From the NCBI GenBank assembly GCA_963709905.1, contig CAVPYI010000006.1:148761-212760 (forward strand): 64,000 nucleotides of DNA, written 5' to 3'. Under the pieces are notes generated by a model. That model saw only the letters and a list, made by a program, of their open reading frames with translations. It had not been told where the DNA came from and did no database searches. This document shows, piece after piece, positions 27,819-35,689 of the stretch. Source of the stretch: an uncultured Gemmatimonadales bacterium (GTDB taxonomy: Bacteria > Gemmatimonadota > Gemmatimonadetes > Gemmatimonadales > GWC2-71-9). The translations under genes and the position numbers were made by a program. Within the stretch, counting starts at the first letter, position 1. Each line of letters starts with the position of its first letter.

Positions 27819-29099
27819 ATGCCCGACCTCGAAGTCATCCGGGATCCGCTCTGGGACAACATCCGGCTGGACGGCACCGCAGTTCGGGTGCTCGACACGG
27901 CCCCCATGCAGCGTCTCCGTTACGTCCGCCAGCTCGGCCACGCCTTCCTGGTCTACCCCGGCTCCACCCACACCCGGTTCGAGCACGCCCTCGGCGCGTA
28001 TCACCTGACCCGTCTGGCGCTCGCCGCGCTCGAGGAACGGGACGAGCTGCGCGATGTCCCGCCGCTCCACGGGCAGGCTGCCCGTCTCGCCGCGCTGCTG
28101 CACGACGTCGGGCACTATCCGTTCTCGCACGCCCTCGAGGAGGCGGGATTCCCGCACCATGAGCGGCTCGGCGTGGCCCGCCTGGGCGTGGAGCCGCTGG
28201 TTGGAGAGCTCACCAGGGCGGGCGGGCCCGAACTCGTGGGGCTCATCGGCCAGTTCATCACCGGCCGGAGCACGAGTCCCCTCCAGGGCCTCATTTCGGG
28301 CTCCCTCGATCTCGACAAGATCGACTACCTGAGCCGCGACGCCCGGATGTGCGGCGTGCCCTACGGCGCCGTGGACGTTGACCGCCTGCTGGCCTCCCTG
28401 GCCCTGATCGAAACCGCTCCGGGTCGGCTGGAACTCGGGGTTCAGGAGAAGGGGATCAGCGCGCTGGAATCGCTGCTGTTCGCCAAGTACCAGATGTACC
28501 GCAACGTCTACTGGCACCACGCGGTGCGCAGCGCCACCTGCATGTTCAAACGCGCCGTGCGCGCGACAGTGCACGCCGGGCGCATCGAGATGGGGGCGGT
28601 GGCCGAGGCGACCGATGACGGACTCATGGAGCGGCTCGCCGTGGCCGATCCGACGGGCTTGAGCAACGCCGTGTATGCCCGGCGGCTATTCAAACGCGCC
28701 CTGGACCTCCCCGCGAGCGAGGTCCCGCCCGAGACCGAGCCCTGGTGCCGGGAGCGGCCCGACCTGCTCGAGCGGGTCGAGAACCGGCTGGCCGAGGAAG
28801 TCGGCCTCGACCCCGGTGAACTGCTCTTCGATTATCCCTCGAACCCGACGATGCTCAGTGTGAATCTGCCGCTGCGGACCCGGAACGGGCGAGTGGAACG
28901 GCTCACGGAGGAGGGCCGGGTCGGCCAGTTCGGCCTGCCCAGGGTGGCGGAAGAGTTATACCAGAGCGCCCGTCGACTGCGAATCTTCACGGCCCGGCCC
29001 GTCTCACGGGATCTGGCCGGCGCGCGCGGGCTGGTAGAAGTACCGGCCGGGGAGCTGCCCCGGATCCTCGACGGCAGGGCCTCGCTCCTCGAAGCGTAA
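27819..29099 (+). CDS. HD domain phosphohydrolase (dNTP triphosphohydrolase / SAMHD1-like family)
   Basis: THTRFEHALGAYHL, LLHDVGHYPFSH and DLDKIDYLSRD motifs. Confidence 0.85.
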   Translation: MPDLEVIRDPLWDNIRLDGTAVRVLDTAPMQRLRYVRQLGHAFLVYPGSTHTRFEHALGAYHLTRLALAALEERDELRDVPPLHGQAARLAALLHDVGHYPFSHALEEAGFPHHERLGVARLGVEPLVGELTRAGGPELVGLIGQFITGRSTSPLQGLISGSLDLDKIDYLSRDARMCGVPYGAVDVDRLLASLALIETAPGRLELGVQEKGISALESLLFAKYQMYRNVYWHHAVRSATCMFKRAVRATVHAGRIEMGAVAEATDDGLMERLAVADPTGLSNAVYARRLFKRALDLPASEVPPETEPWCRERPDLLERVENRLAEEVGLDPGELLFDYPSNPTMLSVNLPLRTRNGRVERLTEEGRVGQFGLPRVAEELYQSARRLRIFTARPVSRDLAGARGLVEVPAGELPRILDGRASLLEA

Positions 29100-29109
29100 C
29101 GCCGGCCCG

Positions 29110-30336
29110 TCAGGGTCCGCGACGCTCCCGCAGGAAGCTGGTGAATCTCGGATCGTCTCGAATACGGTTGAAGGCCGAGTCGCTCGTGATCTGTTCGAGC
29201 GACCAGCGACTCGGGACGTCGCGGAGCCAGGCGATCGCGCTGTCCACGTCCCCCAGCGCAGCCGCCGACGTCCCGGCCCCGACCGCCACGAAGCCGCGGT
29301 TCCGGTTACCGAGGTCCCTGGCGCGCTGATAGGCGTTCAAGGCCGTTCGGTACTCGCCGGCCCCGCGCGCGGCGTCCGCCAATCGGAGGGCGATGTCCGG
29401 ATCGGTGGATCGGCGGGCCGCGAGTTGCTGGTACAGCCCCAGCGCCTCCCGGAACTCACCCGCTCCAAGCCGCCCCGCCGCCCGCGCCTCATCGCGGCCA
29501 CGGGAGAGCGCTTCCGTGACATCCGGCTGGGTCACCTCACGCATGAAATCGAGAGTCCGCCGAATCACGGCGACCGAGAGCGCGTTATCGTCGCTCAGCT
29601 CGAACGGGTGATGGCCCAGGGGGTGATTGACCACCGTCCAGGGGGCATTGGCGGCCAGCGCCCGCGCCACCAGTGCGTCGAGCCCGCGGTTGGTGCCCGG
29701 GTTGTCCAAGCCAGCGCGGACGACCAGCACCGGTATGTCGGTGCGGAAGTGGGTGGCGTCGGACGAGCCGTAATACAGGGTGAGCCCGCGAATGTCGCGG
29801 CGCGACGTATCCATCGCGAGGTGAACCGCGCGGGTCGCGTTGGCCGATGCCGCGAACACGACCACGCGATCGGGATCGAGGCCGAACTCGCCGGCCCGCG
29901 CACGGAGTGCGCCCAGCAACGCGTCGAAATCGGCGGCCGTCCCGCCGGCGCGCGAGTCATAAGTCACACCCGCAAGCCCCGCCGCGGCGGCCAGTCGGCC
30001 CCAGCCGATGTAGATCCCCCAGTCCTTGAATCCCCGGGCCTCGATGGCGTTGTAGAAGACGACCAGCGGGAGACCCACCGCCCGCCGTGCGGGAGGTGGA
30101 AGAAAGAGATTGTACCGAAGGTCGACCCCGCCGCTCTGAAATCCGAGATCCCTGCGGATTTCGACGCTGTCGGTGGCGAGCGGATGATATACGAGGCGGC
30201 TGCTGTCCCGGACCTGGCCGGAGAGTCCGGTTGCGGGGAGAGCAAGCAGGAACAGGGTCAGCGACGTGCCGGCAGCCATGTGGCCCCGAGAGGGAGCGTT
30301 CAGGGGGCTACGGCCGATGAATTGGGAGAGTTTCAT
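29110..30336 (-). CDS. alpha/beta hydrolase-like domain fused to C-terminal TPR-like repeats
   Basis: Signal-like MAAGTSLTLFLLALPATGLSGQ, a hydrolase-like core, then TPR-like helices (ALGLYQQLAARRSTDPDIALRLADAARGAGEYRTALNAYQRA). The start is ambiguous (30378 GTG, 30336 ATG or 30279 ATG). Confidence 0.6.
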   Translation of the reverse strand: MKLSQFIGRSPLNAPSRGHMAAGTSLTLFLLALPATGLSGQVRDSSRLVYHPLATDSVEIRRDLGFQSGGVDLRYNLFLPPPARRAVGLPLVVFYNAIEARGFKDWGIYIGWGRLAAAAGLAGVTYDSRAGGTAADFDALLGALRARAGEFGLDPDRVVVFAASANATRAVHLAMDTSRRDIRGLTLYYGSSDATHFRTDIPVLVVRAGLDNPGTNRGLDALVARALAANAPWTVVNHPLGHHPFELSDDNALSVAVIRRTLDFMREVTQPDVTEALSRGRDEARAAGRLGAGEFREALGLYQQLAARRSTDPDIALRLADAARGAGEYRTALNAYQRARDLGNRNRGFVAVGAGTSAAALGDVDSAIAWLRDVPSRWSLEQITSDSAFNRIRDDPRFTSFLRERRGP

Positions 30337-30381
30337 GTTCCGATCCGGCACGCCGAGCCGGTCGGAGGGAGCGGGCACGGC

Positions 30382-31161
30382 TCAGGATTTGTGGGCGGTC
30401 GACAAGGTGGGGACGGTGACGTCGGCCGGCGCTTCCTGCTCGATTCGAATGATGATCGCCGTGATGTTGTCGAGTCCTCCCCGGCGATTCGCTTCATTGA
30501 TCAGCTTGTCGACCCACTGCTGGGGCCCGCCCTCGCCCTGGAGGATGGTCGACAGCTGCTCGTCCTCGAGCATCCCCGTCAGCCCGTCCGAGGCAAGCAG
30601 CAGCACGTCACCCGGGCGCAGATGACCGAAGTAGAGGTCCGGAACGACCTCGGCGTTGGCGCCGATGCATCGCGTGATGACGTTGCTGTATGGATGGATC
30701 CTGGCCTGGTCAGGGGTCAGCAGGCCGAGGTCGACCTGCTCCTGGACGTAGGAATGGTCCTTGGTGACCTGCAGGAAACGGCCACTGCGAAGCAGATAGG
30801 CCCGGCTGTCGCCGACCTGACCGAGAATGTAGCGCTGGGGCAGCAGAATGAGCGCCGTGGTGGTGGTGCCCATGCCGCGCTTGTCGTGTTCGGTGAGCGT
30901 ACGATCGAAAATGGCGGAGTTGGCCTCGATGATCGCGTGGCGCATCCGCTCGCCCGCCAGGTCGTCGGACATGCCACGCAGCATGCCCAGTTCGCGCGAG
31001 ATAATGCGCACCGCCATTTCGCTCGCCACTTCCCCGGCCGCGTGTCCCCCCATCCCGTCGGCGACGATGAATACGCCGCGGTCGGCGAGCATCAGGTAGT
31101 TGTCTTCGTTCCCCGACCGGACAACGCCCGTGTCGGTGCGAGCAGCGCAGGAGAACCGCAC
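30382..31161 (-). CDS. PP2C-family Ser/Thr protein phosphatase
   Basis: RTDTGVVRSGNEDN, VADGMGGHAAGEVAS and LASDGL motifs. Confidence 0.9.
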   Translation of the reverse strand: MRFSCAARTDTGVVRSGNEDNYLMLADRGVFIVADGMGGHAAGEVASEMAVRIISRELGMLRGMSDDLAGERMRHAIIEANSAIFDRTLTEHDKRGMGTTTTALILLPQRYILGQVGDSRAYLLRSGRFLQVTKDHSYVQEQVDLGLLTPDQARIHPYSNVITRCIGANAEVVPDLYFGHLRPGDVLLLASDGLTGMLEDEQLSTILQGEGGPQQWVDKLINEANRRGGLDNITAIIIRIEQEAPADVTVPTLSTAHKS

Positions 31162-31171
31162 GGGAGCGGGG

Positions 31172-32542
31172 TTACCTCAAGAGCAGGATGGCGGCCAGGA
31201 CGCCCAGCAACACGATGAGCACGGCCGGGATCAGCCAGGGAGGTCGGCCGCTCGAGGCGCGTGGGGCGATGACGATCGGAGAGCGTCTGGGTGTCGGGTG
31301 CCGGGACGGAGGCTCCGCCGGATGCGTGGGCGCGGCGGCCGCAACCGGGACGGGCTCGCGCACGGGTGGCGACGGTGGCGGCGGCGGCGGCGGCGGTTCC
31401 ATGGCGCCCATCATCTTGGTCCCGGTCCCGGCGTCCATGCTGACGTGGTCATCGGTCGGTTCGAACATCACCGAGACCTCGCCGAACCGCACGATGGTCC
31501 CGGGACCGAGCAGCGCTTCGGCCTGGATCCGCTCACCGTCGACCCAGGTGCCGTTGGTGGAGCCGTTATCTACCACGACCCACACCCCCTCGCGTCGCTG
31601 CAGCTTGGCATGGGCGCTGCTGACGCTGTCGTCGGGAATCACCAGGTCGTTGTAGTCTGCGCGCCCGATGTTCACGACCGGCACCCGAACCGTCAGCCGC
31701 TGTCCCTTGAGGATCCCGCTGCGCACCATGAACGTGGCCAGGGGCACACTCGGCCCCGACGAGCGGACGGTCGGCTTCGGCATCGACGGGGTCGGCACCG
31801 GCCCGCCGTGCATGGTCTGGGAGAGCCGCTCCTCGGCGCCGGCCGGCGGCGGCGGCGCCACGCTTGGCGCCGGGGCCGGAGCATCGGCCGCCTTGTCCGC
31901 GTAGAACCGGAAATCGTGATCGCCGATCTTGATCACGTCCGCCCGGGCCAGGATCCGCTGGGCTTCGATCCGGTCTCCGTTCACGAATGTTCCGTTGGTG
32001 CTGCTATCCACCAGGACATATCCCTGGGGTGAGACGAAAATCTCCGCGTGGCGCCGTGACACGTCCTTGTTCGGCACGACGATGTCGCACCCGGCCTCGC
32101 GACCGATCACCAGAGGCGTCGAGCCAATCGTGTACTCCCGGCCGTCGGTCAGGCACACCAGCCGACCGCCGGTCGCCGCCGTGGGCGGTTTCGGGCTCGA
32201 CGGCTTGGCCGTCGCGGAAACCATCCTGGCGACATCAGACGAACTCACGAACTGAGTGCTGCCACTCCGCCTCGGGTCGTGGACCAGGAGCTCGTGGATC
32301 CCGATCTGTACCTTGTCGCCGTGCAGGATCGGAGCCGGCTCAATACCCAGCTTCACCCCGTTCAGCAGGACGTCGTTGTCGTCCACCCGGCGGACCGAGG
32401 CGGAACCATCGGCCGTACCGACCGCCACCGCGTGGGCCGCCGCGACGCCTGTCAGCCGGAGCCCACAGGACGGATCGGTACCGATCACCATCTCCCCCAG
32501 TGGGATGGGAGTGCGCTCGCCGCCGAACTCCAATTCCATCAT
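31172..32542 (-). CDS. membrane-anchored protein with three FHA domains
   Basis: Three FHA cores (the second and third carry ...VSRRHAEI...GYVLVDSSTNGTFVNG and ...VSSAHAKL...VVDNGSTNGTWVDG), a Pro-rich linker and a C-terminal TM segment WLIPAVLIVLLGVLAAILLL. Confidence 0.85.
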   Translation of the reverse strand: MMELEFGGERTPIPLGEMVIGTDPSCGLRLTGVAAAHAVAVGTADGSASVRRVDDNDVLLNGVKLGIEPAPILHGDKVQIGIHELLVHDPRRSGSTQFVSSSDVARMVSATAKPSSPKPPTAATGGRLVCLTDGREYTIGSTPLVIGREAGCDIVVPNKDVSRRHAEIFVSPQGYVLVDSSTNGTFVNGDRIEAQRILARADVIKIGDHDFRFYADKAADAPAPAPSVAPPPPAGAEERLSQTMHGGPVPTPSMPKPTVRSSGPSVPLATFMVRSGILKGQRLTVRVPVVNIGRADYNDLVIPDDSVSSAHAKLQRREGVWVVVDNGSTNGTWVDGERIQAEALLGPGTIVRFGEVSVMFEPTDDHVSMDAGTGTKMMGAMEPPPPPPPPSPPVREPVPVAAAAPTHPAEPPSRHPTPRRSPIVIAPRASSGRPPWLIPAVLIVLLGVLAAILLLR

Positions 32543-32619
32543 CAGTCAGGACCTCGATTGGACCGGATTGCCAAACGTATCCGCCGCCGCGTAACCACGC
32601 AAGCGATAGAGGCTTACGC

Positions 32620-32644
32620 GGTAGTGGGTCAGGGACCCACTACC
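32620..32644 (-). terminator. perfect 11-bp hairpin immediately 3' of the ABC gene stop (no U-tract)
   Basis: ggtagtgggtc agg gacccactacc. It is flanked by 10-bp direct repeats (see findings). Confidence 0.4.
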
Positions 32645-32647
32645 GGC

Positions 32648-34570
32648 TTACGCGCTCAGAGGCTGGACCCGCTCCTGCCCCCGAAGCTGCAGCTCGTACA
32701 GACGCTGGTACAGACCGCCCGCCTCCAGGAGCGCACGGTGGGTACCGCGCTCGCGAATTTCTCCATGGTGCAGCACCAGGATCTCGTCGGCGTGGAGAAT
32801 GGTACTCAGCCGGTGCGCCACGACCAGATTCGTCCGGCCCGCCATCAGCTCCGTCACCGCCCGCTGAACCTGGACCTCCGCCACGGCGTCGACCGAACTC
32901 GTCGCCTCGTCGAGGACCAGGATCCCGGGATCACGCGCCAAGGCCCGGGCAAAGGAAAGCAGTTGTCGCTCCCCCACACTGAGGTTTCGCCCTCGCTCCC
33001 CCAGCACATGACCGTACCCCCCGGGCAGGAGATCGATGAACCGGTCCGCCCCGACCCGCCGAGCCGCGGCCCGGGCGGCCTCCGGGGTGATCGCGGCATC
33101 GAGCACCAGGTTTCTCAGAATGTCGCCGGTGAACAGAAACAGGTCTTGCTGCACGAAGCCAATCAGGCCCCGGAGCTCGGCCGGGTCGAGTTCACGGATG
33201 TCCGTCCCGTCCACGGTGATACGCCCGCGGTCGATATCGTAGAACCGGAGCAGCAGGTTGATGATCGTCGTTTTCCCGGCACCGGTGTGCCCGACCAGCG
33301 CCACGGTCTGACCAGGGCTGGCGCGGAAACTCACCCCCCGGAGCACCCACTCGCCACTCGGCGGCTCGGCGGTTCGGCCGCTCGACGGCTCGGCGGCTGG
33401 AGGAGCCGAAGCCACCCGAGGCCGGGGCTCCGATGCACTTACCCCACCGGCCGCCGAGCCGTCGAGCGGCCGAGCCGCCGAGCCGCCGTACCGGAACCAG
33501 ACGTTCTCGAACACCACCTCACCGCGCACCGGCCGGGAGAGACGCACCGGGGTGGGCCGGCTTCTCACTTCCGGCTCCGTGTCCAGGAGGCGGAAGATCC
33601 GTTCCGAGGAGGCCATCGCGCTCTGCAGCAGGTTGTACTTCTCCGACAGGTCCTGGAGCGGCTCGAAGAACCTCCGGGTGAGCTGGAGAAAGGCGGCCAG
33701 CACACCGACGGTGAGCGTGCCGCCCAGGACGCGCCCCCCGCCGTATCCCAGCAGCAGCGCCAGCGAGACGATCGCCAGGAACTCGACCACGGGGAAGAAT
33801 ACGGCGTACACCGTGATGGAGCGGAGGTGGGAATCGAGATGCGCCTGGTTGACCGACTCGAACGCCCGCCCTGCCGCCGCCTCGCGGCCGAACAGCTGAA
33901 TGACGCGGATCCCCGACAGGTGCTCCTGCAGCAAGGCGTTCATTCTGGCCACCCGGGCGCGGATCTCGCGAAAGGTCTCGCGCACGTACCGCCGGAAGGT
34001 GAAGACGGCGATCAGCATCAAGGGGATCACGGCGAACGCCATCAGCGCCAGGCGCCAGTCCATCACCAGCATCATGGCGACGATTGCCATCAGGGTGAAG
34101 ACATCGCCGAAGACCGTCACCACCCCGGACGAAAACAGCTCGTTGAGGGTCTCGACATCCGAGGTGACCCGGGTCATCAGGCGACCGACCGGGTGCCGGT
34201 CGAAGAACGGCACCGAGAGCCGCTGCAGGTGGCTGAAGAGCTGCAGCCGGAGGTCGGCCATGATCCGCTGGCCCATCCAGGCCGTGAGGTACGCCTGGGC
34301 GAAGTCGAGCAGGAACCCGAGCAGCAGCGCGCCCAGCAACAGGAGCGCCAGCCGGCCCAGCAACCCGACGTCCCGCGCCGGCACCGCCACGTCCAGCGCC
34401 CGCTGCGTCAGGGCCGGGCCGACCAGGGCGAGGGCGGCGGTCCCGAGGAGCGACAGCACCGCCAGCGCTGCCAGCCACCAGTACGGACGCAGGTAGACCA
34501 GCAGGCGACGCATGAGTTCGGCGTCGTAGCGCTTTTCGTCGGGTTCGACGAACGGATCGAGCTCGGCCAT
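32648..34570 (-). CDS. ABC exporter, fused permease/ATPase (MsbA-like)
   Basis: Six-TM domain, Walker A GHTGAGKTT, signature LSVGERQLL and Walker B ILVLDEATSS. I place the start at MAELDPFVEP (ATG 34570). The upstream part of the listed 1579-aa ORF is an artefact. Confidence 0.9.
   Translation of the reverse strand: MAELDPFVEPDEKRYDAELMRRLLVYLRPYWWLAALAVLSLLGTAALALVGPALTQRALDVAVPARDVGLLGRLALLLLGALLLGFLLDFAQAYLTAWMGQRIMADLRLQLFSHLQRLSVPFFDRHPVGRLMTRVTSDVETLNELFSSGVVTVFGDVFTLMAIVAMMLVMDWRLALMAFAVIPLMLIAVFTFRRYVRETFREIRARVARMNALLQEHLSGIRVIQLFGREAAAGRAFESVNQAHLDSHLRSITVYAVFFPVVEFLAIVSLALLLGYGGGRVLGGTLTVGVLAAFLQLTRRFFEPLQDLSEKYNLLQSAMASSERIFRLLDTEPEVRSRPTPVRLSRPVRGEVVFENVWFRYGGSAARPLDGSAAGGVSASEPRPRVASAPPAAEPSSGRTAEPPSGEWVLRGVSFRASPGQTVALVGHTGAGKTTIINLLLRFYDIDRGRITVDGTDIRELDPAELRGLIGFVQQDLFLFTGDILRNLVLDAAITPEAARAAARRVGADRFIDLLPGGYGHVLGERGRNLSVGERQLLSFARALARDPGILVLDEATSSVDAVAEVQVQRAVTELMAGRTNLVVAHRLSTILHADEILVLHHGEIRERGTHRALLEAGGLYQRLYELQLRGQERVQPLSA
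33357..33489. repeat. palindromic octamer-array element, copy B, inside the ABC exporter coding sequence
   Basis: The left arm ctcggcggctcggcggttcggccgctcgacggctcggcggc and the right arm gccgccgagccgtcgagcggccgagccgccgagccgcc are reverse complements with one mismatch. The spacer is about 50 nt. Confidence 0.8.
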
Positions 34571-35658
34571 CAGCCGTCGGCCACCAACGGCGCATCGTCG
34601 GTCAGCTGGGGCCGGCCCTTGATCCGGGCGTGCAACCAGCGGGAGAAGACCAGGAACCCGAAAGCGAGCGTGAAATAGGACAGGATCGCCCGCCAGATCA
34701 GGGTGTACAGCGGGCTCAGTTCCCGGGGGATGTAAACCGAGGACATCACCGCCGTCGAGAGCAGCTCGGCGATCCCCGAGGCCCCCGGCGTGGGGGCGAA
34801 GTACAGCAGGAACGTGATCAGCGTCTGGACCAGCAGCACATCCACGAACTGCGCCTGCACCCCGACGGCGCGGAGCGCCACGTACCCGGCCAGCAGCTTG
34901 TTGGCGTGCGAGGGCGCCGACATCAGTACGCCGAAGAACAGCGCCAGCCACCCCTTCGGGCTGTTGAAGGCGAGGATACTCCCGTGCGCTTCGTCGATCC
35001 CCTGGCGGACGCTCTCGATCCGGTCGGCCACGCGCCTGCTCCGGCGGGAGAGCCGCTCGGCGAGGGAGTGCAGCCAGCCCCGCGCCAGCCCCGGGAAGAC
35101 GATCACGACCACCAGCACCACCCCGATCCCGACGAACAGCCCCAGGCTCCCCAGGAAGAGATCGTAGAGCGTGAGGCCGAACACGTTGCCGTGCTCGCCC
35201 AGGGAGCGTCCCGCCCCCAGGAGGATGGCCAGCGGGCCGGCGATCGCGAAGAAGATCACCGTGGAGATGAACGACATCAGCGTGGTCGTGACGGCCACCG
35301 GGAGCGGCACCCCCGCCCGCCGCATTGCGTAGATCATCATCGGGCCGGCGCCCGAGTTGAGCGGCGTCAGGTAGCCGGCCCAGGCCGCCATTCCGCCCGA
35401 CAGAATCATCCCGCCGACGGGCGGTTTGGGGTGGACGTGCCGGACCAGCACCCAGTTGCGCATCCCGCCACCCAGCCAGTCCAGCGAGGTCAGGCACATC
35501 CCCACGAGGATCCACCCCCAGCGGATCCGGCCCACCGCCTCGACGAATGCCGGGAGGTTGTTCCCGTAGACCAGCACCCCGGCGTAGCCGAGGATCGAGA
35601 TGCCGACGAAGATGAGAAACCCGCGCGCCAGGAGGCGCGGGGTGAGGACGGAGGCCAT
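34570..35658 (-). CDS. flippase-like / lysylphosphatidylglycerol-synthase TM-region family membrane protein (UPF0104)
   Basis: Polytopic membrane protein, about 8 TM. The family assignment comes from overall pattern recognition. The stop overlaps the ABC start (TGATG). Confidence 0.7.
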   Translation of the reverse strand: MASVLTPRLLARGFLIFVGISILGYAGVLVYGNNLPAFVEAVGRIRWGWILVGMCLTSLDWLGGGMRNWVLVRHVHPKPPVGGMILSGGMAAWAGYLTPLNSGAGPMMIYAMRRAGVPLPVAVTTTLMSFISTVIFFAIAGPLAILLGAGRSLGEHGNVFGLTLYDLFLGSLGLFVGIGVVLVVVIVFPGLARGWLHSLAERLSRRSRRVADRIESVRQGIDEAHGSILAFNSPKGWLALFFGVLMSAPSHANKLLAGYVALRAVGVQAQFVDVLLVQTLITFLLYFAPTPGASGIAELLSTAVMSSVYIPRELSPLYTLIWRAILSYFTLAFGFLVFSRWLHARIKGRPQLTDDAPLVADG

Positions 35659-35689
35659 TGGGGCGGAAATCTAGTATTGTTTCAGGTTC

